This document shows, in pieces, positions 19,346 through 31,903 of a stretch of DNA of 64,000 nucleotides. Made by a program: the position numbers and the translations under genes. The notes beneath the pieces were generated by a model. The model saw nothing but the letters and a program-made list of their open reading frames with translations. It was not told the DNA's origin and searched no databases. This DNA comes from a bacterium (GTDB lineage: Bacteria > Patescibacteriota > Microgenomatia > Levybacterales > UBA12049), in the NCBI GenBank assembly GCA_021777565.1, contig JAJYDJ010000002.1:5082-69081 (forward strand). The letters run 5' to 3'. How positions within the stretch are numbered: the stretch's first letter is position 1; each line of letters opens with the position of its first letter.

Positions 19346-20664
19346 ACGGTTTCAAGCTGACTCAGCGCACTACTGACACTTCGCGCGGTTTCTGGCGTAA
19401 CAATCTTACTAAACCCTAACTTTTTTGCTTCTTTTATTCTCTTCTCAAGCATACCGACACTCCTCACCTCTCCCAAGAGGCCAATTTCTCCTATGGCAAT
19501 CATACTACTTGAAGGGACATTTTTCAGGCTGCCAACCAGTGCTAAGCATACAGCCAAATCCATCGCAGGCTCCTGAACTTTCAGCCCTCCTGCAATATTA
19601 ACAAAGACATCTTGCTGAGAAAAGTTCACATTACAATGTTTTTGTAGTACTGCGAGCAAAAGCTCCAACCGTTTCTGGTCAAATCCTGCACAGACGCGCC
19701 GTGGCATAGGAAGATACGACCGGACGGTTAAGGCTTGTACCTCAACAAGAAATGGCCGTGTCCCTTCCATGATCATTGAGAGTATCGATCCCGGAACCTC
19801 CTTTTCTCGTTTGGTCATAAAAAGAAGCTCGGGATGAGACACTTCCTGCATCCCACTCTCCTGCATGAGAAATACTCCTACTTCATCAACTGGTCCAAAT
19901 CTATTTTTAAATGACCGAATGATACGTGTTGAGGTAAATTTTTCACCTTCAAGAAATAGTACTGCATCAACCATGTGAGAAAGCACCATTGGTCCGGCGA
20001 CCATACCTTCTTTGGTCACGTGCCCTACCAGAATAATTGCGATATGACTTCTTTTAGCCACTTCAAGAAATTTTTGCGTGGCATACCTGACCTGACCGAC
20101 ACTGCCTGCCAGTCCTTCAAGTGAGGCTGATTCCATAGTCTGGATACTATCAATAATGACAAGAGAAGGTTTTTCTGAAAGCATGAGATCAACAATTTGA
20201 TCAGTATCCGAATGAGATACGAGTTGGATTTGTGGCGTAGTGCCAGGGGCTAGACGTTTGGCACGAAGACTTACCTGCTCTGCTGATTCTTCAGCAGTAA
20301 CATAGAGTACACGCTCGCTTTTGGCAATATTCATGGCTGCTTGCAACAGGAGGGTAGATTTCCCAATCCCAGGATCACCAGAAAGGAGAATCAATTCGTC
20401 CTGCACAATGCCACCACCGAGAACTGTGTCCAGCTCGTTAAATCCTGTGGAGAGTCTATCAATCTTTCGGGTTACCACATCAGAAATTGTTTGAATAACA
20501 GGACGCTCTTTCCCGGATGCTGTCTCTTTGGTGCTGAGGGCACTCTCTTTGAATTCCTTAAGCGTATTCCAATTCCCACATTCAGGGCATTTTCCTAAAT
20601 ATTTGAGGCTTTCATACCCACATTCTTGGCAGACAAATACCGTACTCGTTTTCTTCTTGGGCAT
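19342..20664 (-). CDS. radA: DNA repair protein RadA/Sms
   Basis: C4 zinc finger, GDPGIGKSTL, KNRFG, Lon-like C-terminus. Confidence 0.97.
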   Translation of the reverse strand: MPKKKTSTVFVCQECGYESLKYLGKCPECGNWNTLKEFKESALSTKETASGKERPVIQTISDVVTRKIDRLSTGFNELDTVLGGGIVQDELILLSGDPGIGKSTLLLQAAMNIAKSERVLYVTAEESAEQVSLRAKRLAPGTTPQIQLVSHSDTDQIVDLMLSEKPSLVIIDSIQTMESASLEGLAGSVGQVRYATQKFLEVAKRSHIAIILVGHVTKEGMVAGPMVLSHMVDAVLFLEGEKFTSTRIIRSFKNRFGPVDEVGVFLMQESGMQEVSHPELLFMTKREKEVPGSILSMIMEGTRPFLVEVQALTVRSYLPMPRRVCAGFDQKRLELLLAVLQKHCNVNFSQQDVFVNIAGGLKVQEPAMDLAVCLALVGSLKNVPSSSMIAIGEIGLLGEVRSVGMLEKRIKEAKKLGFSKIVTPETARSVSSALSQLETV

Positions 20665-20711
20665 ACCCTATTGTATCACGATGATTTCGAGGCTAAAGAG
20701 GTCAAAAGGAG

Positions 20712-21770
20712 TTATCTATAGAACATTGGTTTCTCAAGAAGCACTGGTACGAGATAAATACGTCTCTCACCTTGTGCAACTGAAACTACTGAACACTGGA
20801 CAGACTTTCCCTCATACAACTCTTGTCCTGCAGGGACAGTTTCTTTTTTAATGTAGCCAACAACTGGTGACTTCCCAAGATCGACAACATATCCTTTTTC
20901 TTCAACATGTGTAATGGTACCTTGCACCATCTGATCAGAGGCAAAAGTTGCAAAAATATCTGCCAGTGGGTCTTTCAGAAGACGCTTGAGAGAAAGAATG
21001 ATACGGGCGTTGTTAGTATCAATGTAAATAATTTCTGCTGATACTTCTTGACCGATAGTAAAGGCCTTTTCGTCAAACCCTTCCCATGCAGTTTCATCAG
21101 GACGCACAAACCCTGGCAAAGTCTCTGTTTCTGAGACCTTAATACTGACCCCTATACCATTGTGAGACACTTCTGAGACAGTACCAGCAACCTTATCCCC
21201 GACTCTCATTTTTTTACTCAATTTCATGAATTCATCACGTGAGAACAACTCTTTTTGACTTACAACAAAACGATGGTTATCGCGATTTATTTCAACCAGT
21301 GAGACTTTTACCTCAGTGCCAAAGGCCATATCCCGAGAAGTCGTATAAGAGTTAGGAAGAAAGCCTGAAAGCCCACCTTCTGAGGAAACGACGTACCCTC
21401 CTTTTGTCTGCTGACCGATAGTAACAGTTATTTTTTCTTTTTTAGAAAGGGCTTCATCTAACAGTGCCCATGACGCATTACTCATATGTTTTCTCAGTGA
21501 TACGACCGGGTATCCACTCTCGCCTTCTGGCGAAAGAACATAGACAGAGACTTTGTCACCGACATGAAGTGTTGCCAAAAGCTGTTGCATGAGTGTTTTA
21601 TCTTGCTCGAGGACCAATGCTGGTGCTTTGGCGTTAATATCAATAAGAATTTCTTGTGAAGAGATTTTTTTGACCGTTCCATCAATTGTTTGGCCTTTGG
21701 AAATACTTCGAGTAGTGATACTCTGTTTTTTCATGAGGTCAGCCATGGAAGTTGCGGGAGTGTTATTCAT
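20712..21770 (-). CDS. rpsA: 30S ribosomal protein S1 (4 S1 domains)
   Basis: Four OB-fold repeats; ..RIILSLKRL..DP. Confidence 0.85.
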   Translation of the reverse strand: MNNTPATSMADLMKKQSITTRSISKGQTIDGTVKKISSQEILIDINAKAPALVLEQDKTLMQQLLATLHVGDKVSVYVLSPEGESGYPVVSLRKHMSNASWALLDEALSKKEKITVTIGQQTKGGYVVSSEGGLSGFLPNSYTTSRDMAFGTEVKVSLVEINRDNHRFVVSQKELFSRDEFMKLSKKMRVGDKVAGTVSEVSHNGIGVSIKVSETETLPGFVRPDETAWEGFDEKAFTIGQEVSAEIIYIDTNNARIILSLKRLLKDPLADIFATFASDQMVQGTITHVEEKGYVVDLGKSPVVGYIKKETVPAGQELYEGKSVQCSVVSVAQGERRIYLVPVLLEKPMFYR

Positions 21771-21799
21771 AAATACAAAGAAAAAAGTTTGCTGCTCAA

Positions 21800-21917
21800 T
21801 GCTCGGCCTTGACGTATTGTCCCGTCCCCGAAGGGAGAGTATCGTCCGCGCTGGCGCGTTTCACGACTTTGTTCGGAATGGAAAAAGGTGGTTCCACGCC
21901 GCTCCAAAGACCGAACA
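21800..21917 (-). rRNA. rrf: 5S rRNA
   Basis: CCATTCCGAAC and GTGAAAC motifs; terminal helix ATGTTCGGTC/GGCCGAGCAT; ends approximate. Confidence 0.92.
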
Positions 21918-21997
21918 TTCAACAGCAAACTTATAAATGTGCTTGTCGTAAGCTCTTAAAAAGCGAAGAGAAAAGTAACGGTTTTTAAAACATGCGT

Positions 21998-24964
<2,967 letters not shown>

Positions 24965-25091
24965 AATTTATTGCATGTTAAAAAAACCTGCATTTTCTCT
25001 TCACTTTTTAAAGAGCTTACATATACTCATCTGGAACTAACCCTCCCTTGCTGGAGGGCTTGTTCCAAACAACATGTAAACATGTACGCCT

Positions 25092-25143
25092 TGGTGGACC
25101 GGAAGAGATTTCCCCCAAGGGGACTAGCTACTTCGTAGCGGCG
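25092..25143 (-). repeat. duplicated 19-nt tRNA-Ala 3' end plus ~32-nt mini-repeat
   Basis: TGGTGGACCGGAAGAGATT at 25092-25110 equals 25195-25213; adjacent CCCCCAAGGGGACTAGCTACTTCGTAGCGGCG matches in reverse 28636-28666 and about 32586-32616. Confidence 0.8.
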
Positions 25144-25194
25144 TCCACAGGACTAGGGTCGCTGCCCGTCGCTTCTCATCTCTTCTGAGCAACC

Positions 25195-25270
25195 TGGTGG
25201 ACCGGAAGAGATTCGAACTCTCGACCTTCGCTATGCAAAAGCGACGCTCTACCAGCTAAGCTACCGGCCC
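25195..25270 (-). tRNA. tRNA-Ala(TGC)
   Basis: G3:U70; loop TT-TGC-AT; encoded CCA. Confidence 0.95.
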
Positions 25271-25392
25271 TGCTCTCACGGTCTTCCCTTATTTGTTAAT
25301 CGATCGGTACGTATCTGAAGCTAAAAACTTACACTGAAGTATGTTTTTCGATAAAGAAATGCTGCATACAGATACCCACTGATCGTATCCCG

Positions 25393-25422
25393 ATAGTATC
25401 ATAGCCATCCTGAGGCTGTCAA
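25393..25422 (-). promoter_or_regulatory. promoter of tRNA-Ala-23S-5S unit
   Basis: TTGACA-18-TACTAT with extended TG on minus strand. Confidence 0.55.
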
Positions 25423-25442
25423 TGACTGATATGACGGGCTTT

Positions 25443-26633
25443 TTAGACCCCCATCCAGTCCTTTTTTAGAAGAGTGAAACGATCATCCTGGATCGCTTCT
25501 CGAATCTCTTTCATGAGATTCATCAAGAACGCTATATTATGGTAGCTCACGAGCGTATAGCCTTCTAATTCATGCGCTCTGAAGAGATGGTGGATATAGC
25601 CACGGGTATAGGTTTTACACACCATACACGAACACGTGGCATCAAGTGGTTCATGGCTATGGGTATAGTCAGCCTTCGTAATGTCCTGGCGCCAGCGATT
25701 TTCCTTCGTACCCGTTGGCCCGTGCACGAAAAAGACTCCCATACGGCCAAGTCTGGTTGGCGTGACGCAGTCAAAGGTATCCACACCCCGCTCTACCCCT
25801 TCAAAAATGTCATCAATATCCCCAATACCCAAGAGATGTCGTGGTTTCTCAAGAGAAATATGGCTCGTCGTCCAGTCTACTACTTCATAGAGGTTTTGCT
25901 TACTGGCGTGTGCTCCCCCAAGCGCAACCGCCTGGAAGTGTTCATCAACAAATTTCGCTGACTGAAGGCGTAAATCTTCAAACTTTCCTCCATGGGTCAC
26001 GCCGTACAAGAGCTGGTCGGTTCTAGTCTGTGCCGCCAGTGATCGAGTAAGCCAGCGCTCTGTGAGTTCTAGAGATTCTCTGGTCTTGTCATAGTCATAG
26101 AGGGGTGACTCCAGGTCATCAAACCCTACGATCAGATCAGCCCCAATCTTCTCTTGGATCGCGATCGAGCTCTCAGGCGAGAGCATGTGGGACGACCCAT
26201 CCAGGTGGGACTGAAAGAGGACGCCTTCCTCTGAGATCTTGTTGAGCCTTGGCTTAGCCTCCTTCTCATGGACGGCTTCTTCTTCTTTGAGGAATTTGAC
26301 CATGCCATGCTCGAGATTGACCCCGAGGGAAAACACTTGAAATCCCCCACTGTCAGTCATGGTTGGCCCATGCCACCCCATAAACTCAGCTACGCCCCCA
26401 AATTCATCAATAATATCCTCCCCTGGCCTCAAATGCAGGTGGTAGGTGTTGGCGAGCACGAGCTGGGCTCCCATATCACGCAAATCCCGAGGAGTGAGTG
26501 CTTTTACGCTCGCCTGGGTGCCTACGGGGAAAAATTGTGGCGTCTGTACCACGCCATGGGGTGTATGAATCTCACCCACACGGGCTTTGGTAGCTTTGTC
26601 TTGATGGATGATAGTAAAAGATACTGAAGTCAT
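25443..26633 (-). CDS. tgt: tRNA-guanine transglycosylase
   Basis: TPQFFPVGT, LANTYHL, TDSGGFQVFS, DTFDCV.PTR, C-C-C-H zinc site. Confidence 0.93.
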   Translation of the reverse strand: MTSVSFTIIHQDKATKARVGEIHTPHGVVQTPQFFPVGTQASVKALTPRDLRDMGAQLVLANTYHLHLRPGEDIIDEFGGVAEFMGWHGPTMTDSGGFQVFSLGVNLEHGMVKFLKEEEAVHEKEAKPRLNKISEEGVLFQSHLDGSSHMLSPESSIAIQEKIGADLIVGFDDLESPLYDYDKTRESLELTERWLTRSLAAQTRTDQLLYGVTHGGKFEDLRLQSAKFVDEHFQAVALGGAHASKQNLYEVVDWTTSHISLEKPRHLLGIGDIDDIFEGVERGVDTFDCVTPTRLGRMGVFFVHGPTGTKENRWRQDITKADYTHSHEPLDATCSCMVCKTYTRGYIHHLFRAHELEGYTLVSYHNIAFLMNLMKEIREAIQDDRFTLLKKDWMGV

Positions 26634-26650
26634 GCTATTTCTATTCTTTT

Positions 26651-26727
26651 TGGTAGCAGGGGTGGGATTTGAACCCACGACCGCAGCGTTATGAATGCTG
26701 TGCTCTAACCAACTGAGCTACCCTGCC
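26651..26727 (-). tRNA. tRNA-Met(CAT), elongator type
   Basis: GGCAGGG/CCCTGCT acceptor (G1:U72); loop TT-CAT-AA; CCA. Confidence 0.9.
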
Positions 26728-26771
26728 AGGGCTCCACCCTTGTGGCGGATTTCATTGCTAAGTATACCAAT

Positions 26772-26800
26772 TTGACCCATGCCTAATCAATTGGTATAAT
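26772..26800 (+). promoter_or_regulatory. promoter for initiator-like tRNA
   Basis: TTGACC-17-TATAAT. Confidence 0.7.
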
Positions 26801-26810
26801 GGGACATACG

Positions 26811-26878
26811 CGCGGGGTAGTGTAAGGCGCACGTGAGGCTCATAATCTCACAGTCCACTTTCGATAGTGGCCCCGCAA
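26811..26878 (+). tRNA. atypical initiator tRNA-fMet(CAT)
   Basis: CGCGGGG/CCCCGCA acceptor with C1:A72; loop CT-CAT-AA; short D loop and 6-nt T loop. Confidence 0.75.
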
Positions 26879-27216
26879 CACAGATGCACTGACTGGAGCC
26901 ATTGCTGCCAGGTTGGTAATACCACAGGCTTCCCTTCAATCGTTTGTTCCCCACTCCCCGTTGCTACCAAGATACGCGTCTCATTGGGAAGACTTAAGAA
27001 GAGTTTATCTCGCGCCTGCTCTTGTACAAAGTTAGGGTCTTGTGCCTGATTCATCTGTGATTTGAGTTTTGCATTCTTTTGTTGCAGATACGCAAGATGG
27101 TCCCTCGCCTGCAAAACAATACTCCTTTTTTGCAGCAGAGAAATAATTTCTTGTGCAGAGCGAATTGCTGAGAAAACACAAAAGACAACAATAATAATAG
27201 TTATGACTTTTTTCAT
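26848..27216 (-). CDS. septum formation initiator (FtsB/DivIC family)
   Basis: TM, coiled coil, FVQEQARDKL..PNET motif. Confidence 0.8.
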   Translation of the reverse strand: MKKVITIIIVVFCVFSAIRSAQEIISLLQKRSIVLQARDHLAYLQQKNAKLKSQMNQAQDPNFVQEQARDKLFLSLPNETRILVATGSGEQTIEGKPVVLPTWQQWLQSVHLCCGATIESGL

Positions 27217-27257
27217 TGACGAATCAGCTAAACCGTGATATGATCTAAACCTGTAAT

Positions 27258-28112
27258 ATGATACAAATGCGCGACGCCCATAAACAGTTCAAGACCTTTC
27301 TTGAAAGCAAAAATAAATCCCGTGCCACCATTGTAGCCTACAACAAAGACATCGATCAAGTGATCGAGTTTATTGAAAAACAAGGAAAATCAACTGTTGA
27401 CCAGATCACAAAAGAAGACCTGGAAGGATTTTTAGCCCAACTCGCACAAGAAGGATATACCGTCAAATCTATCTCTAGAAAGATTAACTCTACCCGTACT
27501 TTCTATCGTTTCCTCAAAACCCATAATCTCACTGAAGAAGACCCATCAGCACTCTTAGAACACCCACGATATGAACTAGGACAGCCACGTATTTTGACTC
27601 CTATGGAATACCGCGCACTTCGTGATGCAACCCGAAATGATGCACGTATGCATGCCGTCATCCAGACACTTCTCCAGACTGGTATTCGTATCGGCGAGCT
27701 CGCAGAATTGAGACTCTCTGATGTGACCCCAGAGGGATTGACCATCCGACCTATGGAAAAACATGAAGCACGCCTCGTCCCCCTCAATCGTGCTGCACGT
27801 GAATCTATGGAAAAGTACATGAAAATTCGTCCAGAGGTCAAAGATGATCACGTATTTGTGACCAAATCAGGCAAACCATTCTTGATTCGTAACATCCGTA
27901 CTGCTGTGGAGCGCTATTTCCGCATTGCTGAGATCAAAGGGGCCAAGGTTAATGACCTTCGCCATACCTTTATCGCTCATCACATCAAGCACGGCGTCAA
28001 TCCACAATTTTTATCTAAGATCGTTGGCCACAAGCGTCTCACCACAACTGAGCGATATCTGGAATTTGTCCCAGATCGAGCCAAAGAAACCACCCACCTG
28101 TCAGAACTATAA
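27258..28112 (+). CDS. XerC/XerD-like tyrosine recombinase
   Basis: SAM-like N-domain; TGIRIGEL, DLRHTF, VGH...TTERY catalytic motifs. Confidence 0.9.
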   Translation: MIQMRDAHKQFKTFLESKNKSRATIVAYNKDIDQVIEFIEKQGKSTVDQITKEDLEGFLAQLAQEGYTVKSISRKINSTRTFYRFLKTHNLTEEDPSALLEHPRYELGQPRILTPMEYRALRDATRNDARMHAVIQTLLQTGIRIGELAELRLSDVTPEGLTIRPMEKHEARLVPLNRAARESMEKYMKIRPEVKDDHVFVTKSGKPFLIRNIRTAVERYFRIAEIKGAKVNDLRHTFIAHHIKHGVNPQFLSKIVGHKRLTTTERYLEFVPDRAKETTHLSEL

Positions 28113-28150
28113 AATTATTGCCTTCTGGTATAATATACCTAGAGTACATC

Positions 28151-28176
28151 GCTCGCAGAAATGCGGGCTTTTTTTA
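28151..28176 (+). terminator. intrinsic terminator
   Basis: GCTCGCA-GAAA-TGCGGGC followed by T8. Confidence 0.7.
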
Positions 28177-28284
28177 TGGGAAATGCCTAGGAAGTTAGTG
28201 ATGATGATAATTTAAGTTAAAATCTGGGGCGCGCAATTTTTGAGATTAAAACGCCTATCATAGGAGTGTAGAGACAAATTAAAT

Positions 28285-28473
28285 ATGTTAAGACTAAAAT
28301 TAACCATAATACTAAACTTCTTAATTATTCTGGATTGCTATGTCTTCCATGTAGGTAACGTTACACTGGATTACAAAGCATTATTACTAATTGCAATAAT
28401 AGTTGTCTTAGTACTTCCTTTTAAGGAATTTCATATCTGCTCATTATTTAGTGGGAAACTTTGGAAGAGTTAA
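28285..28473 (+). CDS. AT-rich 62-aa two-TM hypothetical protein
   Basis: Two hydrophobic segments; no recognised family. Confidence 0.35.
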   Translation: MLRLKLTIILNFLIILDCYVFHVGNVTLDYKALLLIAIIVVLVLPFKEFHICSLFSGKLWKS

Positions 28474-28495
28474 GTAGCCTGTACTTTTTTGAGGG

Positions 28496-28568
28496 TGCGC
28501 CCGGGAGGACTCGGACCTCCGACGTGATGTGTATAAGACATCTGTTCTAGCCACTGAACTACGGGCGC
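28496..28568 (-). tRNA. tRNA-Ile(TAT)
   Basis: Cloverleaf GCGCCCG/CGGGCGC-A; anticodon stem GATGT/ACATC, loop CT-TAT-AC; T loop TCCGAGT. Confidence 0.85.
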
Positions 28569-28616
28569 AAAACTAGTGCCATTATACCTTTTTCAACCAC
28601 GACAATCTATATAGCG

Positions 28617-28761
28617 TGTCATTCTGAACGCAGTGCGCCGCTACTGTGTAGCTAGTACCCTTGGGGTGAAGAATCGTATTTTATAAATAGAGATCCTTCG
28701 CTCCATTTCATATTCGCTCAGGATGACACAGGATTGGGAGCCCGCTGTGCTCAGAATGACA
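28617..28761. repeat. palindromic miniature repeat copy 1 (TGTCATTCTGA...GCTCAGGATGACA) with nested mini-repeat and extra right arm
   Basis: Terminal inverted repeats; homologous to 32567-32679 and 35616-35683. Confidence 0.85.
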
Positions 28762-31155
28762 TTATAGTTTTGCACGAAGTTGAATCTCGCGCTCTACTTC
28801 CATCGCATCACGACCAAATTTGGCTCGTGAAAGTTCTTTGAGTAGCTCTGCTACCTGTGGATTGTCTAGGGATTGCTCTCGTGCCCAATCTTTGTGCGTA
28901 TCAATCGAGAATGGTGTCACTGGGGCCCCATTCACCGTCGTTCTTACATACGCATTTTGTGCATCGATATTGATCAAATCCTGTTCTGAAAAGACTGGTT
29001 GGAACTCATGCTGCAAGAAATTGGCATCCTGAATACCCACACGGAAAGAGACTAAGGTACCTACGTTACCAAAGACAGCATTCTTCACTTCCTCATCCAT
29101 CTGCCCGATAAACTGATTGGCAACCGTTAAGTTAAGACGATACTTACGTGCTTCAGAGAAGATTTGTGAGAAGTCACTGGTTGCAAAGTTCTGGAATTCA
29201 TCGACATACAGGAAGAAGTCTTCACGCTGCTCTTCTGGGATATCCTGGCGCGACAGCGCGGCAGCCAAAATTTTTGGAATTAAGACGAGCCCTAAGAAGT
29301 TAGAATTTTCTTCCTGCAATTTTCCTTTAGACAAATTCACCAGAAGAATTTTTTTGTTATCCATCACATCACGGAATGTAAAGGCACTTTTTGACTGACC
29401 GATGATGTTTCGCATCAGCTTATTCGTTGTGAAACGGCTAAATTTGGACACGATGTAATCCAAGACTTCTGATTTATGGAAATCACTGGTCTGGGCAATC
29501 TGGTCTGTCCAATATCTCTTAATAATTGGGTCGGTCACTTTAGGTAACAGTTCCTGGACAAACTTTGAGTCAGTCAAAGCGCGTTGTACCTCGATGAACG
29601 TCCCACCTGGCTCACTCATGACCGTTAACATCACGTTTCGAATAGCGTGCTCCAGTCGGGGCCCGACAATACCGGTCTTGTGTGGATCATAGAGTTTGTA
29701 AAACAATCCGATGATGGATGACACCATGTAATGCTTCTCCATCTCCCCATATGCTTCCATAATGTTAAGCCCCATGGGACGATTTTCATCAGATGGATCA
29801 AACACAATGACATCATTTGCACGGCTTGCAGGGATACGAAGCAGTAGTTGTTCTATCAAGTCGCCGTGTGGATCAATTACACACACTCCACGCCCTGCCT
29901 CAATATCCTGCAAAGACAGTGATTTCAGCAGTTGTGATTTCCCTGTACCACTTTTACCGATAATATATAAATGTCTTCGTCTATCATCCAAGTCCACATA
30001 GACAGGTCTGGTCGCGCCGCGGAACGTACTGTTGCCGATGAATGTCCCTTGCGTTGCGATCTGTGTTGGGGCTGGAGCCCGCTTACTGGTTAGCCAGAAA
30101 ATATGCGGTGTCGTGATACTACGATTTGGGAAATGGAAAAGCGTGGCCAATTCTTCTGATGACATTACTGAAGTTTGATCATGCATTGGCCAGTAGCGAT
30201 ACACAAAATCTTCTACAACCAAGTTCTTGAAGAATGGTTTTACTTTCTTAAATGAGTTGGCACCACCGAACTGACCAAAGGTACCGGTGATATTTGAGAG
30301 GTGCTGATTGGCTCTTTCCTGAGACTGTGCTGATACCACCACGCGCACCACCACATCAAATCCAGGCTTACCGATCTTATTCTCTACTCCTTCGAGTTCT
30401 TTTGGGTCGACACCATATTTTGCTGTCTCTGGATTGGCCTCTCTTTTTTTTGTTTGGGAAATAAACTTGCGGCCAAACTTCTTCCACTTATTATCGGAGG
30501 CACTTACCATGATCTGAATCGCTGCTCCCTCCCCTTCTTCCATCTTGGCAAGGGTCGAGGTAAGAAGAGACATGCCATCCACCGGCATATCCTTAAAAAG
30601 CTTAATTGGCTGATATTTCTGCCCTTTTAATTTGAGCGTCGCAAAGGCCACCTTGCCTGTTTCTGAGAATATATTGTATTCATTTCCAATAATCCTCTTT
30701 TGTTGGGGATCTTTCTCATCAACGACCCGAATGTCCGCGTCTGGGTAGGTCGCATTGATCTGTTTCTCTACCAAATCACGCAATTTATTTGGAGTATAGA
30801 CATAGAACCTGATATCTGAGGGTTGGCCTACTATTTCAAATGACACAAATGGCTGTGGAGAGAGAAAAGCAAATCGTCCTCCCTTACGAAGTGAGGCAAG
30901 TCCTGCAAAAAGCTGTTCTGCGGCATCGATCTTATACTCATTCTCTCGAGGAACCGCAATTTGCAAAAGAACTGAGTCCAGTGACACTTGTTCACGCTTT
31001 CGATATTTATATAACAGGAGCAACACATATCCCCCGTAGTAACAAACCGTCCCAGTAACAACACAGGCAGCAAGCACGCCAACCGCAATCAAGAGTGCAT
31101 TAACCAGTGTTTCTGGATTAAAGATGAGTGGTAGGAGGTCGGTAATGTTATTCAT
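28762..31155 (-). CDS. VirB4/TraG/HerA-FtsK-type ATPase (type IV coupling-protein-like)
   Basis: RRRHLYIIGKSGTGKS, IDPHGDL, LYVDEFQNF, SEARKYRL..ANQF. Confidence 0.9.
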   Translation of the reverse strand: MNNITDLLPLIFNPETLVNALLIAVGVLAACVVTGTVCYYGGYVLLLLYKYRKREQVSLDSVLLQIAVPRENEYKIDAAEQLFAGLASLRKGGRFAFLSPQPFVSFEIVGQPSDIRFYVYTPNKLRDLVEKQINATYPDADIRVVDEKDPQQKRIIGNEYNIFSETGKVAFATLKLKGQKYQPIKLFKDMPVDGMSLLTSTLAKMEEGEGAAIQIMVSASDNKWKKFGRKFISQTKKREANPETAKYGVDPKELEGVENKIGKPGFDVVVRVVVSAQSQERANQHLSNITGTFGQFGGANSFKKVKPFFKNLVVEDFVYRYWPMHDQTSVMSSEELATLFHFPNRSITTPHIFWLTSKRAPAPTQIATQGTFIGNSTFRGATRPVYVDLDDRRRHLYIIGKSGTGKSQLLKSLSLQDIEAGRGVCVIDPHGDLIEQLLLRIPASRANDVIVFDPSDENRPMGLNIMEAYGEMEKHYMVSSIIGLFYKLYDPHKTGIVGPRLEHAIRNVMLTVMSEPGGTFIEVQRALTDSKFVQELLPKVTDPIIKRYWTDQIAQTSDFHKSEVLDYIVSKFSRFTTNKLMRNIIGQSKSAFTFRDVMDNKKILLVNLSKGKLQEENSNFLGLVLIPKILAAALSRQDIPEEQREDFFLYVDEFQNFATSDFSQIFSEARKYRLNLTVANQFIGQMDEEVKNAVFGNVGTLVSFRVGIQDANFLQHEFQPVFSEQDLINIDAQNAYVRTTVNGAPVTPFSIDTHKDWAREQSLDNPQVAELLKELSRAKFGRDAMEVEREIQLRAKL

Positions 31156-31672
31156 TGGTGTTCCCTCTTATTTTAAACACTTTTGAGAAAAGTGTCGCGA
31201 GCCAGGTAAGAGAATTAGTGACAGATGGCTTTTTGCCCAGTGCCTGCATGACTTGTTGTGCTTTTGCTTGTGACTGAGCAGAAGGGACAGGGGTTGATAC
31301 AGGAGCCGCGGTCTGCACTGCTGGTATTGCATGCGATTGGTGACCGGCAAGATCTTGCAACTTACTCTCAAGAGCTTCCACCTCTTGCTGTCGTTTCTCC
31401 TCACTCTCCTCGGCCTTTTCCTTATCAGCAGTCTCCTGTGCTACAAATACTTCCTGAACGATGTCTTGAAACGCTGATTGAAACTCTGGAGAGACAGCAG
31501 GCAGAGGCCCTGATTCTGGATTTAAATATTTTATCGATGTATTGGGATCATTATCTGGGACATCAACTGGTATCGGTACTGTTGGGTCCTGGAACACCCT
31601 TACACTGGTATCGGTCTGTAAAGACGCAGCATGTTGCACCTGAGAAGGAGCTGTCTGGCCTGTGTTTTCCAT
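31148..31672 (-). CDS. hypothetical protein
   Basis: 174-aa ORF overlapping ATPase start; C-terminal SLTWLA motif. Confidence 0.7.
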   Translation of the reverse strand: MENTGQTAPSQVQHAASLQTDTSVRVFQDPTVPIPVDVPDNDPNTSIKYLNPESGPLPAVSPEFQSAFQDIVQEVFVAQETADKEKAEESEEKRQQEVEALESKLQDLAGHQSHAIPAVQTAAPVSTPVPSAQSQAKAQQVMQALGKKPSVTNSLTWLATLFSKVFKIRGNTNE

Positions 31673-31775
31673 ATCACTATCATAGCAATCGCCTGCCTAG
31701 AAGTACAGTATACTGATCTGAAGTGATCCATTGACACATTTTGTTTCTCTTGTACAATAAAACTAACAAGTTAAC

Positions 31776-31892
31776 AAAGATCCGGGGTTCAGATCCCGGT
31801 CGATCAGGGGAAACGTGGTGAAATTCCACGGCTGTGCCGCAACTGTAAAGCCAGACTGCCTGAATCTTTGCATTGTCCTCGAGCACAGGATG
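31776..31892 (+). promoter_or_regulatory. cobalamin riboswitch (compact, class II-like)
   Basis: GGGAA, P4 CGTGG-TGAAATT-CCACG T-loop, GCAACTG, B12-box AGCCAG; L5 TGTGC complementary to L13 GCACA; promoter TTGACA(31731)-16-TACAAT. Confidence 0.88.
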
Positions 31893-31903
31893 TACTGTCC
31901 AAG

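Noticed and set aside
27258-28568. Integrase next to a tRNA as a prophage or island boundary
   Set aside because: The protein looks like a housekeeping Xer (short, no arm-binding domain); no att duplication of this tRNA and no phage genes.
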